This document shows positions 8,663-16,588 of a stretch of DNA of 16,588 bases, one piece after another. The notes beneath the pieces are model-generated. The model did not search any database and was not told where the DNA came from. It saw nothing but the letters and a program-made list of their open reading frames with translations. Location: positions 1 to 16,588 of the forward strand of contig JAFGGO010000001.1 in assembly GCA_016930515.1 (NCBI GenBank), written 5' to 3'. The stretch is from Promethearchaeota archaeon (GTDB lineage: Archaea > Asgardarchaeota > Lokiarchaeia > Sigyniarchaeales > SOKP01). How positions within the stretch are numbered: position 1 is the first letter of the stretch; each line of letters begins with the position of its first letter. Both the position numbers and the translations under genes were made by a program.

Positions 8663-9793
8663 TTAGAAAGGAAACGAATATTTCGAGAGATCAAGCTCGT
8701 TTTGCATTGTTTTTATATCGGCCTGCAGGCTTTTATTCAATGGTATGCCTGTTTTTATTCTCTCAAGAGTAGTATAATGTTCCTTTTCTCCTGCCGTATA
8801 TATACGATCTTTTCCAGGCGCTTTTTTAGAGTTTCTCAAGTTTCGCATTATGCTACCGGTGGTTTTTTTAAACGCGCTTAATGGCGTAAAACTTTCAATG
8901 TTTATCGCTAAAAAAAAATGACCTACTTTCAACCTCATTTGACCATCTTCAACTACTCCTGCTGTGTCCTTTAGAAATACGCCATTTTGAAGGGCAGAAG
9001 ATAATATTTCAACCAATGTGGCATAACCATACCCTTTATATCCCGAGCCAGACTCTCCTTTTCCTCCTAATGGTAACAATGCCGCATTATTGTTAACCAA
9101 ATCTTTAAGAATATCATCGGGATTAGTTTCTGTATTACCATCAAAAGTGATCACGACGTCTTCAGGAAGAAGCCTGTTAGTCCGGTTATAAACCTCAACT
9201 TTTCCCCTCTGAATGATTGATGTGGCACAATCGAGCAGGAAGGGCATTCCTTCATCAGTTGGAGCACCAGAAGTAAGTGGATTTGTTCCCAACATCGGCT
9301 CAACACCGAATGTAGGAGGAATTGCGGGTCGAGCGTTTGTTGTGGTTATTCCAATCATCCCTTCTTTTATGGCCATCAAGGAATAATAACCAGCTATTCC
9401 AAAATGGGTTGAATTTCTGACTGCTACGGCTCCAAGACCATATTTTTTTGCCTTTTTTATAGCTAATTTCATTGATTTATAAGCAATAACCGGACCAAGC
9501 CCATTCTCTCCATCTATTACTGCCGTTGTTGGACCTTCTTTTACAATATTAAAGTGTGTTTTAGTATTGTAGATACCTGCCTTGATCCTATCATAATACA
9601 TCTTGCAACGTTGAATCCCATGTGAATCGACTCCTCGCAAATCAGCACTTATAAGAACATCTGCGATAACTTCGGCGTCTTTTTTTTTAACATTTAAACC
9701 AATAAACACATCTCTCATATAATCCCTTAAGATTTTCGCATCTACAAATACTTCGTCTTTAGATAACGAAAGTACCTCGTCTTGAATAGTCAT
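8663..9793 (-). CDS. Ldh_2 family NAD(P)-dependent oxidoreductase (malate/L-lactate/sulfolactate dehydrogenase type)
   Basis: Motifs ADLRGVDSHG, DG.NG.G, HFGIAGYY, GTNP, D.ATS, LLPLGG, GYKGYG and HFFLAI. The substrate cannot be assigned from sequence. Confidence 0.9.
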   Translation of the reverse strand: MTIQDEVLSLSKDEVFVDAKILRDYMRDVFIGLNVKKKDAEVIADVLISADLRGVDSHGIQRCKMYYDRIKAGIYNTKTHFNIVKEGPTTAVIDGENGLGPVIAYKSMKLAIKKAKKYGLGAVAVRNSTHFGIAGYYSLMAIKEGMIGITTTNARPAIPPTFGVEPMLGTNPLTSGAPTDEGMPFLLDCATSIIQRGKVEVYNRTNRLLPEDVVITFDGNTETNPDDILKDLVNNNAALLPLGGKGESGSGYKGYGYATLVEILSSALQNGVFLKDTAGVVEDGQMRLKVGHFFLAINIESFTPLSAFKKTTGSIMRNLRNSKKAPGKDRIYTAGEKEHYTTLERIKTGIPLNKSLQADIKTMQNELDLSKYSFPF

Positions 9794-9820
9794 ATTAGGT
9801 CTAAAAAATAGCTAATTTTG

Positions 9821-9854
9821 TGGTGTTACCAATATGGTCGTAAAAGTATATAAA
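9821..9854 (-). promoter_or_regulatory. Putative promoter of the Ldh_2 gene: TATA box plus TGGT-N3-ACCA palindrome
   Basis: TTTATATA on - at 9854-9847. TGGTGTTACCA at 9821-9831 covers the expected start site. Confidence 0.4.
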
Positions 9855-10005
9855 TTTATTCAAACGAATGTTTATTTTAATAAAAAAACTGTTAAATTTT
9901 ATTAATTTTTATTCTTTTACTTCTCATTTATTTGAAAATAAAATATGGGAGGATATTATGGGGATGTTATCTTCATTTTTGAGATTGAAATACTAATTAA
10001 TTTTC

Positions 10006-10179
10006 ATGCGAATAAATGATTTGGATAAAAAAGTAAATAGGATTATTTTTTCGATGGAAATGACGATCGAAGATGATGGAGATGGCTTTACTTATATCTT
10101 CCCAGATACGAAAGAATTCATCGCAATGGCAAATAGGAAGTTTATAAATCGAGAACTGGCTTCAGAAGAAAAAACATAA
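10006..10179 (+). CDS. Small hypothetical protein, 57 aa
   Basis: Absent from the track (shorter than any ORF listed). MRINDLDKKVNRIIFSMEMTIEDDGDGFTYIFPDTKEFIAMANRKFINRELASEEKT. It fills an intergenic gap and is followed directly by a T-tract. Confidence 0.55.
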   Translation: MRINDLDKKVNRIIFSMEMTIEDDGDGFTYIFPDTKEFIAMANRKFINRELASEEKT

Positions 10180-10199
10180 TTTCTTTTTTTCTCTCTTTT
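10180..10199 (+). terminator. Oligo-T terminator candidate
   Basis: TTTCTTTTTTTCTCTCTTTT immediately after TAA 10179. Confidence 0.45.
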
Positions 10200-10270
10200 A
10201 ATCTAATTCATCTAAAATAATTTTTCAGTTAACTTAATTATCAAGTAAAAATAAAACTTAAGTTATATAA

Positions 10271-10580
10271 AGAGAAAACCTATATCTTGATTCCAATCCT
10301 ACTGATAAGACCAAGGTTATCGTACGCCTCCACGCCCGCATCAAGATGCGTGAACTACTAACCTTACGATTGCTCTGTCCCCAGCCTGATCGAGTTTGGT
10401 ATTACGAGCTTATGACTTTCCTACAAAAGGCACTGCCCTGCAACCCACCATCCTGACCGGCGCTTCGCCGGAATACGATAGTGGCTATCAAGTACTCATG
10501 AAACCTTAATATAGGCATTTTCCGCTAAGAGCATTTTACGGTCTGTCGAGCGAGCGACTTCAAGCAGGCCCTAGCTGCCC
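10271..10580 (-). ncRNA. ffs: Signal recognition particle RNA (archaeal 7S)
   Basis: GC-richer 310-nt island. Helix 8 SRP54 site CGAU-CAGG-CUG-GGGA-CAG-AGCA-AUCG. Helix 6 GGGC-AG-UGC-CUUUU-GUAG-GAAAG-UCAU-AA-GCUC with a GNAR loop. Long helix 5 pairings CCUAUAU/AUAUAGG, GGUUUCA/UGGAAUC, UAUCGUA/UACGAUA, CAGGAUG/CAUCUUG and GUGGGUUGC/GUAGUUCAC. Ends are approximate. Confidence 0.92.
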
Positions 10581-10601
10581 ATTAAGGATAATACTTCTAA
10601 C

Positions 10602-10609
10602 TATTAAAA
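10602..10609 (-). promoter_or_regulatory. TATA box candidate for the SRP RNA
   Basis: TTTTAATA on - at about -29 to -22 relative to G10580. Confidence 0.5.
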
Positions 10610-10680
10610 CATGATGATTTTGTAAGTAGAAAGGAATGGAAATGCTTCCGAGTTTAACCCTTCAATCGGGAGATAAAACA

Positions 10681-11076
10681 TTATTTTATTGTTGCTTTGA
10701 TGTAATCAATTATTTCTGAAACCATTGCACCCGGACCAAACACATTTGAAACTCCAATTTCTTTCAAGATTTTGAAATCTCTTGTTGGGATGACCCCACC
10801 AACGAGGATGATAAAATGTCCAAACACGCCTTGTTCCTTTAGAAGGTCGATGACCTGTTGAGAATAAGCAATATGTGCTCCAGAGTGAATGCTGAGCCCA
10901 ATTACATCCACGTCTTCTTGAATGGCCGTTTCAACGATCTGTTCGGCGTTTTGAAACCCTCCGAAAATAATCTCCATTCCAGCGTCTCTTAAGGCCCGTG
11001 CCACGACTATTCCCCCTCTATAATGTCCGTCCAATCCGGGTTTTGTTATTAACACTCTAATTTTTTTATCTATCAT
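10681..11076 (-). CDS. Cobalamin-binding small subunit of an acyl-CoA mutase
   Basis: KPGLDGHYRGG (DxHxxG), A.QEDVDVIGLS and VGGVIP. An AGGAG SD lies in the 18-bp gap after the large subunit. Confidence 0.93.
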   Translation of the reverse strand: MIDKKIRVLITKPGLDGHYRGGIVVARALRDAGMEIIFGGFQNAEQIVETAIQEDVDVIGLSIHSGAHIAYSQQVIDLLKEQGVFGHFIILVGGVIPTRDFKILKEIGVSNVFGPGAMVSEIIDYIKATIK

Positions 11077-11094
11077 TGATTTCTCTCCTTTTGA

Positions 11095-12768
11095 TTAAAT
11101 TGCTAGGGGAGGATCCCATATACCAAACACTTCCCGGTAAATATCACAAATCTCGCCGATGGTAGCTCCAGCCTTGGTCACTTCCATTATTATCGGCATT
11201 ACATTTTCTTCCTTTTCGCAAACATTTCGAAGCTTATCTAAAAGAGATACAATTTTGGCGTTATCCCTTCTTTCCTTGAGCATTTTAATACGACGAACTT
11301 CAATCTCGATTGCGTCCTTGTTGGTTCGAAACACATCGGTACAATCATCGTAGGAAACCTCGTACTTATTAACGCCCAACATAATTTCTTCTCCATTTTC
11401 AATACGCTTCCTTCTTTTATGGAAGGCATCTCTCATTTCCTTGTATAACCAACCCGAGGATAGGGCTTTATCGATGCTCCCAATCTTTTCGATTTTATCT
11501 ATATAATCCCACACTCGATCTTCGATTTCGTCTGTTAACCATTCCACATAATAGGATCCGGCCAATGGATCAACCGTATTCGTGATGCGCGTCTCCTCGG
11601 CAATTACTTGTTGGGTCCGTAAAGCAATTAAAGCAGCTTCTTCGGTTGGAAGACAAATTGCCTCGTCGTAAGAATTAGTATGAAGTGACTGGCACCCCCC
11701 AAGGTTAGCTTCTAGTGCTTGAATGGCAGTACGCACTATATTTACTTTTGGGGTCTGAGCTGTTAAAGAACTACCTGCTGTTTGCACGTGAAATCTAAAC
11801 TGTAAGGAGTGAGGATCTTTGCAATCGTACCTATCTCTCATTAGTTTCGCCCATATCCTTCGAGCAGCACGGTATTTTGCTATTTCCTCAAAGAAATCTT
11901 TATGAGCTGCCAGGTGGAAGGCTAATCTGTTTACAAAATCATCGGCTTTCCAACCCCTCTCCACTAAATTATCGATATGAGAGCATGCGCTTGCGAATAC
12001 GAATCCTAACTCTTGAATTGCACTTATACCCCCTTCACGGTAATTATATCCCGTAAAATTTATGGGGTGCCATTTTGGAACATTTTTTTGTGGTACGGTC
12101 CATTCGATAAAATCACAGGCTAATCGAAGAAGGTGATTCGGGGGCGAGTTTTTATAAGGAATATATCCAACCGTCATTGTCAAGATATCGTTTTGAGTCG
12201 TTCCTATGAGTTGCTTTATATCATATCCGCGCATCTTAGCAGCATTGAAATACATCGCACTCACAGGTGCACAAGTAAAAGGCTCAACAACCAATGCTAC
12301 ACTAATTTTATCGATAGGGACGCCTTCAGTTAAAGCTAGCAAGCTATCGACGCAATAAAGAGGAACTCCAGAGGTACCTACTTCAGGAGCACCATCTTTA
12401 TTTGTAGGATCAATACCATTAAAGGTTAAAGTATCAACAGCCGCACTAAAACCCGTTTCTCCGTTCTTATAGAGATATTTCCAACGCAAGTTCGTTTCTT
12501 CAGGCGTGCCATGGCCACTAAAAAGTCGCATTGTCCACAATCGACCTCTGTACATCGAGGGATAGACACCTCTAGTATAAGGAGGCGCACCAGGAAAACC
12601 AATCTCTTCCAAGTAATCTCCCTTGACATCTAATGGGGTATAAACTCTTTTTATCGGAATTTCCGAATCAGTGACGAATTTTCCGTCGTTTTCGTTATTT
12701 TGATTAAATTTAGAATCCCAATTTTCTTTTTCTTCTTTAATCTTATCCAAATAATTTTTATCAAACAA
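11095..12768 (-). CDS. B12-dependent acyl-CoA mutase large subunit (MCM/ICM superfamily) with atypical specificity residues
   Basis: Motifs PG.PPYTRGVYP.MYRGR.WT.R, GT.QNDIL, FFEEIAK.RAARR, HVQTAG.SL, GGCQSLHTNSYDEA, ALRTQQ and DPLAGSYYVE. TTG start. Confidence 0.92.
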   Translation of the reverse strand: MFDKNYLDKIKEEKENWDSKFNQNNENDGKFVTDSEIPIKRVYTPLDVKGDYLEEIGFPGAPPYTRGVYPSMYRGRLWTMRLFSGHGTPEETNLRWKYLYKNGETGFSAAVDTLTFNGIDPTNKDGAPEVGTSGVPLYCVDSLLALTEGVPIDKISVALVVEPFTCAPVSAMYFNAAKMRGYDIKQLIGTTQNDILTMTVGYIPYKNSPPNHLLRLACDFIEWTVPQKNVPKWHPINFTGYNYREGGISAIQELGFVFASACSHIDNLVERGWKADDFVNRLAFHLAAHKDFFEEIAKYRAARRIWAKLMRDRYDCKDPHSLQFRFHVQTAGSSLTAQTPKVNIVRTAIQALEANLGGCQSLHTNSYDEAICLPTEEAALIALRTQQVIAEETRITNTVDPLAGSYYVEWLTDEIEDRVWDYIDKIEKIGSIDKALSSGWLYKEMRDAFHKRRKRIENGEEIMLGVNKYEVSYDDCTDVFRTNKDAIEIEVRRIKMLKERRDNAKIVSLLDKLRNVCEKEENVMPIIMEVTKAGATIGEICDIYREVFGIWDPPLAI

Positions 12769-12979
12769 TATAATTCACGAATTTATTATGCTATCTTAAT
12801 AAAGAGAAATACCTATTATTTCTTCTATATTGTTAAATTAAACAAAATAAAAATATTTGACCTAAATTATTCAGATTGTCGCGAACAAACTAATAAAAAT
12901 ATTTCATACATTTATTTTTTAACCTTGGTTTTTATTGTTATAATATTAGAAAGGAAAAAGGAATATTATTCAATAAGAG

Positions 12980-14786
12980 ATGAAAAAAAATTACAGAAAT
13001 CGATTTTAATCCCATTAAAGAAGAGATTCGAGCGGGTAATTTTGAAAAAGCGCTAGATGGCCTAGTTAATCTCATAAACGACGATAATTACTCTTCGTTA
13101 GAATACATTTTTCAAGGCATCCTAGAAATTCAAGAAAACGGACATTATCTAACAAAAAATCAATTAAAAAAAGTGAAACCATTATTAGACTCATATGATG
13201 ATAATGTACAGGAAATGGCTACTAAAGTTTATACGAATGCCATAATCCGAAATATGTCTTCGTTGCAAAACGAAGTGGGAGATATCTTGTTTAAAATGAG
13301 ATATTTAGAGCCCGTGGTTAGAGAGAAAGTTATTGATTTCATAATCAATGTTTATAGCGACATTTCTAATTTCGAAAAACAAATATTGCATGGGTTAATA
13401 TCAGGATTAAAAGACGATTTATGGAACATCAGAAAGAGGATTATCGAATTTTTTAACGATATTTTCCTGGATAGACCAAAACTAATTAATGAATTTGACG
13501 AAAAGCTCCAAGTACTTCTCGAAGAAAAGGATATTGATGTCATGAGGGAGGGATTAGATTTCTTGCTTAGGATTTACACTAAATCATATTCAAGCGAAGA
13601 TTTGGAGAAGCTTTTAAAATCATTTCTCCAGAAAGATTGGATTGCTCAAGAGAAAATCTTATTTCTAATTGAAAAGCTAGCTATTAAACGAAAGGAGCTT
13701 ATAAAACCAATTACATCAGATTTAGTGCGCTTGCTTGACCACGACGACTATTTGGTAAACAAGGCTGTGAGGAAAACCATCGAAGATATCATGGAGCACA
13801 ATATAGAAATATTTGATGATGTATTCTTCTCGTTCATAACCGAAGACCAAATCGATAATTTGGAATCTATTGAAATTCTCCTGAGACATTCAATTCTAAA
13901 GTTTGGATTTAATAGATTTTATAACATCTATTCAAAATTTTCTGTTGAGGATGATCAAATTAAGAAAAGTCTAATTAATATCATAAGAAAGATTAGCACG
14001 AATAATCCTAAAATTTCAGAGAAGATCTTTTCTCAACTGATAAAAAAAGTTTTGGAAAACCTTGATTTAACAAATTTTAATAAATTAAAGGGGCTACTTA
14101 GTCGCAACAACCAATACCCCTTTTACCTTACATGTTTAAACGCTTTAAAAGATAGTATTCCCTTACTGAATCCCGAACAGGAGCAGAGAAGACTTGAACT
14201 TATAAAATTCTTATCAGATTCAATACCACAAATCAATATCAACGAATTGAGTGATTGGTTAAGTTCAAGTCTTCAAAATGGTCCAATTCAAATAGACACG
14301 ATCTGTTCACATTTTAATATTCAAAAAATTCATCTAATAGAAATTTTAAAGAAATTAATGGAAGACGGCCAGCTTCGGGCAATAATACATGACGATACAA
14401 TAAAACCAAAAGAAAGTATTGTTGAACCAATTACGGATATTCAATTTTTCAAACAATGGAAGGTGTTTCAAAACCCTGGAGAAGAAGAATATCGGATCAA
14501 GTTATCCGTTCAATTGAAAAATATGTCTGGGAAAAAAATCACTGATTTAAAAATCGTCTTGGATGTGCCTCAAGTACTCTTAGTTGAAGAGAAATCAAAG
14601 GAAGAAATTAATAATATACCAAGCATTTTAGATGAAAATCAACAACTTGTTATAACTTGGATGTTTAAGAAATATTACGAAAGAGAGAGTCGTCCTATAT
14701 CAAGCAGGATTAAGGTTATAATAATTTACCAAAAGGAAGACAAGGCATTCAGTATAAAAAAGAGGTTGGATGTACTCTTATTATAA
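12980..14786 (+). CDS. HEAT-repeat protein with a PCI-like winged helix and a C-terminal Ig-like (adaptin-ear-like) domain; 5' end frameshifted at an A8 run
   Basis: The track ORF 13173-14786 stays open upstream to 12984. HEAT-like units LISGLKDDLWNIRK, LQVLLEEKDIDV and LVRLLDHDDYLVNK. ATG 12980 is one base out of frame. Confidence 0.75.
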
Positions 14787-14794
14787 AAAAAAAA

Positions 14795-16507
14795 TTAATT
14801 TAAAGATTTGTTAGGAATTCTAAGATCCTTGTAAAGCGAGATCTTACCTTCCTCTATTTCATCCTGTTCTCGACTGAGAAAACCAATATAAACCCATTTT
14901 ATCATATCTTGAAGGAGGTAATGACCGTCCCAAGGCATACCAACAGGTTGAATATTGTGTTCGCCGATCCTAGGAAACCTATAAGCCCCTATTAAAGAAA
15001 ATTCCTCGGCAGTATTTTTAATGAACTCTTCGGAACCAAATAAAGAAATAGTTTGTAAATATTGCTGCAAGTTTTCCGTTCTTATTTTATGGATGAGATC
15101 TTGAATACTCGAAATCCTCGTGACGATTATAAATCTATCTTGACACATATCCATTTCCATCATTGAGGGCAGGTTTCTCAAGTAAACAACTGTCCAATCT
15201 AACCCATTATTTGGTGGATTGATGATGGTTGCGTTTTTTTTTATTGCGTGATTCATAAAAAAATATTCACGTTTTTTAGCAATTTGAAGTCCGTCAGCTT
15301 GTGTGAGGTTTGCTCTAGGTAACATTTGGTCAGTGGTTTTCAATCCCCTTGCCAACATTTTTGCGAATCCTAATGGAGATAATTCCGTTATTTTATTTCT
15401 CAAGCCTTTAATGGAGCGTTTCATAAGAGCTTTCATATCAAATCCATCAGAATGACTTTCTTGAAACATTTTATCTAGTGAACCATTAAATGATTTGATG
15501 GGATCTGAAGTTTTTTCAATGTCAGATCCATTACTAAAGTAGTCACCCATTGCATCTTGAAATATAGTAGACTGTTGTGGTTTATCGACAACATACAATA
15601 CTCGTGGGCTTAAACAAGCTTTTTGATTCCAACATACCACATCTATGGCAATTCTCTGTGCTATCTCTTCCATCTTATGTTCATCTGCGAATATATCTTC
15701 AGAAATCACGCTGAAAGATAATTTAGGCCCATTATCGATTATCTTGATACCATAACGGTACCCTCTTCTTCTTATGTCTTCGATGGACTGAATACCCCCC
15801 CAAGCTAATACGCAATTAATATTTCCTGAAGAAAATAAATCGTCATATATATCTCCACGACTTCCCTTCCAATAAAGAGCAGCTATTTCTTTTGAAATTT
15901 TTTTATCCACATCGGCAATAGATTCACATAATTTTATCGTCATATATGGATCTTCATGTGAAAGTTTTATTAAATTAACATTTTTCGTTATCAAGCCATA
16001 AAATACGGTTAATAAACCTAAGTTAAATGCGTTTCCCGCAAGATTGTGAAGAACAACACCCCTTGGCTGTGCATGAATGCGCGTGTTTAATTTGGGAACC
16101 CAATCTTCTAAATAGTGTTTTCCTCCGATTTCACCGAGTAATTGTCCTTCTGCGGTTTTTTTTTCCCATAAAAAAAGTGTTCCCATTAGTTCTATTTCAC
16201 ATAATTGTTTTGATTGTCCCGTCATCATAGGTATTATTTCCAAGGCTTCTTTTCTTATGTCATAATTAGGATCACGCCATCGATCACCCACTTGGTCGAT
16301 AACATTGAGAATATCGTCAATATGCCTGTCGTGAGCCCTTCTTTTTTTCAAGGAAAGATTTTTAGCAGTTTCCAAGATAAATTCCTTATCAAATACTGGA
16401 AACTCGATCTCTAAAACATCTTCTTGTCGCTTAATGGTTTCAATCGTGGTGTTTTCAGTATAAACTGGTTTAAAAATAAAGCCAGGTATCTTAATATGTT
16501 TATTCAA
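14795..16507 (-). CDS. LuxC-like acyl-CoA reductase (ALDH superfamily)
   Basis: PRGVVLHNLAGN, NLIKLS, LAWGG, GPKLSF, DV..WNQKACLSP (catalytic Cys), YLQTI, GAYRF and PWDG. TTG 16507 after GGGGT is preferred over the track's GTG 16558. Confidence 0.85.
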   Translation of the reverse strand: MNKHIKIPGFIFKPVYTENTTIETIKRQEDVLEIEFPVFDKEFILETAKNLSLKKRRAHDRHIDDILNVIDQVGDRWRDPNYDIRKEALEIIPMMTGQSKQLCEIELMGTLFLWEKKTAEGQLLGEIGGKHYLEDWVPKLNTRIHAQPRGVVLHNLAGNAFNLGLLTVFYGLITKNVNLIKLSHEDPYMTIKLCESIADVDKKISKEIAALYWKGSRGDIYDDLFSSGNINCVLAWGGIQSIEDIRRRGYRYGIKIIDNGPKLSFSVISEDIFADEHKMEEIAQRIAIDVVCWNQKACLSPRVLYVVDKPQQSTIFQDAMGDYFSNGSDIEKTSDPIKSFNGSLDKMFQESHSDGFDMKALMKRSIKGLRNKITELSPLGFAKMLARGLKTTDQMLPRANLTQADGLQIAKKREYFFMNHAIKKNATIINPPNNGLDWTVVYLRNLPSMMEMDMCQDRFIIVTRISSIQDLIHKIRTENLQQYLQTISLFGSEEFIKNTAEEFSLIGAYRFPRIGEHNIQPVGMPWDGHYLLQDMIKWVYIGFLSREQDEIEEGKISLYKDLRIPNKSLN

Positions 16508-16588
16508 GTGATTTACCCCTAATCGCTTAATAGCTATATAATATAAAACAATATTCACTATTTAAACAAAGGTAAAAAAAAAAAAAAA

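Noticed and set aside
9945-10019. Tiny ORFs near a GGAGG (MGMLSSFLRLKY at 9958-9996; a 24-aa ORF from 9945)
   Set aside because: Too short to support, and the SD-like match may be chance.
10410-10425. AGGAAAGUC on the - strand as an RNase P RNA signature
   Set aside because: It is the 3' side of SRP helix 6, and no RNase P P4 3' motif is present.
10336-10471. Hairpins CCGGCG-AAG-CGCCGG and CGCAUC-UU-GAUGCG as extra SRP helices or terminators
   Set aside because: The same bases are largely used in the canonical continuous helix 5, so they cannot be supported without covariation data.
10645-10672. Hairpin downstream of the B12-binding gene as a SECIS element or cobalamin riboswitch
   Set aside because: The upstream genes have no in-frame TGA, it lies 3' of the operon, and it lacks SECIS or B12-box consensus. 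At most it is a 3' UTR stem.
12700-13056. 118-aa + strand ORF
   Set aside because: It spans an AT-rich divergent promoter region, has F/I/Y/K-biased composition, and overlaps both the mutase start and the better-supported HEAT N-terminal frame.
11159-16414. Short track ORFs 11159-11353, 11238-11429, 12133-12333, 12426-12629, 13352-13543, 16027-16230 and 16214-16414
   Set aside because: They are nested in the mutase, HEAT or LuxC-like genes and have no independent coding signal.
16574-16588. A15 run at the window end as a poly(A) or retro-element tail
   Set aside because: It is truncated by the edge and is more simply an oligo-T terminator of an upstream minus-strand gene or an assembly-end artefact.

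Overview
AT-rich archaeal window. Archaeal-type SRP RNA, TATA-like boxes, oligo-T terminators and the protein content suggest an Asgard/Lokiarchaeia-like genome (inference, no search run). Housekeeping and metabolic genes: dus, mtnA, a DUF1848 protein, a CDF transporter, an Ldh_2-family dehydrogenase, a two-subunit B12-dependent acyl-CoA mutase and a LuxC-like acyl-CoA reductase. The window also holds a membrane protein followed by two paralogous winged-helix regulators, and an SRP (7S) RNA at about 10271-10580 (-) that the ORF track misses. Best leads: (1) a HEAT-repeat + PCI-like winged helix + adaptin-ear-like protein whose likely ATG is cut off by a one-base shift in an A8 run; (2) an acyl-CoA mutase with non-MCM active-site residues, implying an unknown substrate; (3) an RHH-HisKA-receiver fusion with no ATPase domain; (4) a divergent Alu domain in the SRP RNA; (5) a His-free CDF transport site with three C-terminal domains. 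No mobile elements, CRISPR arrays, tRNAs or rRNAs were seen.
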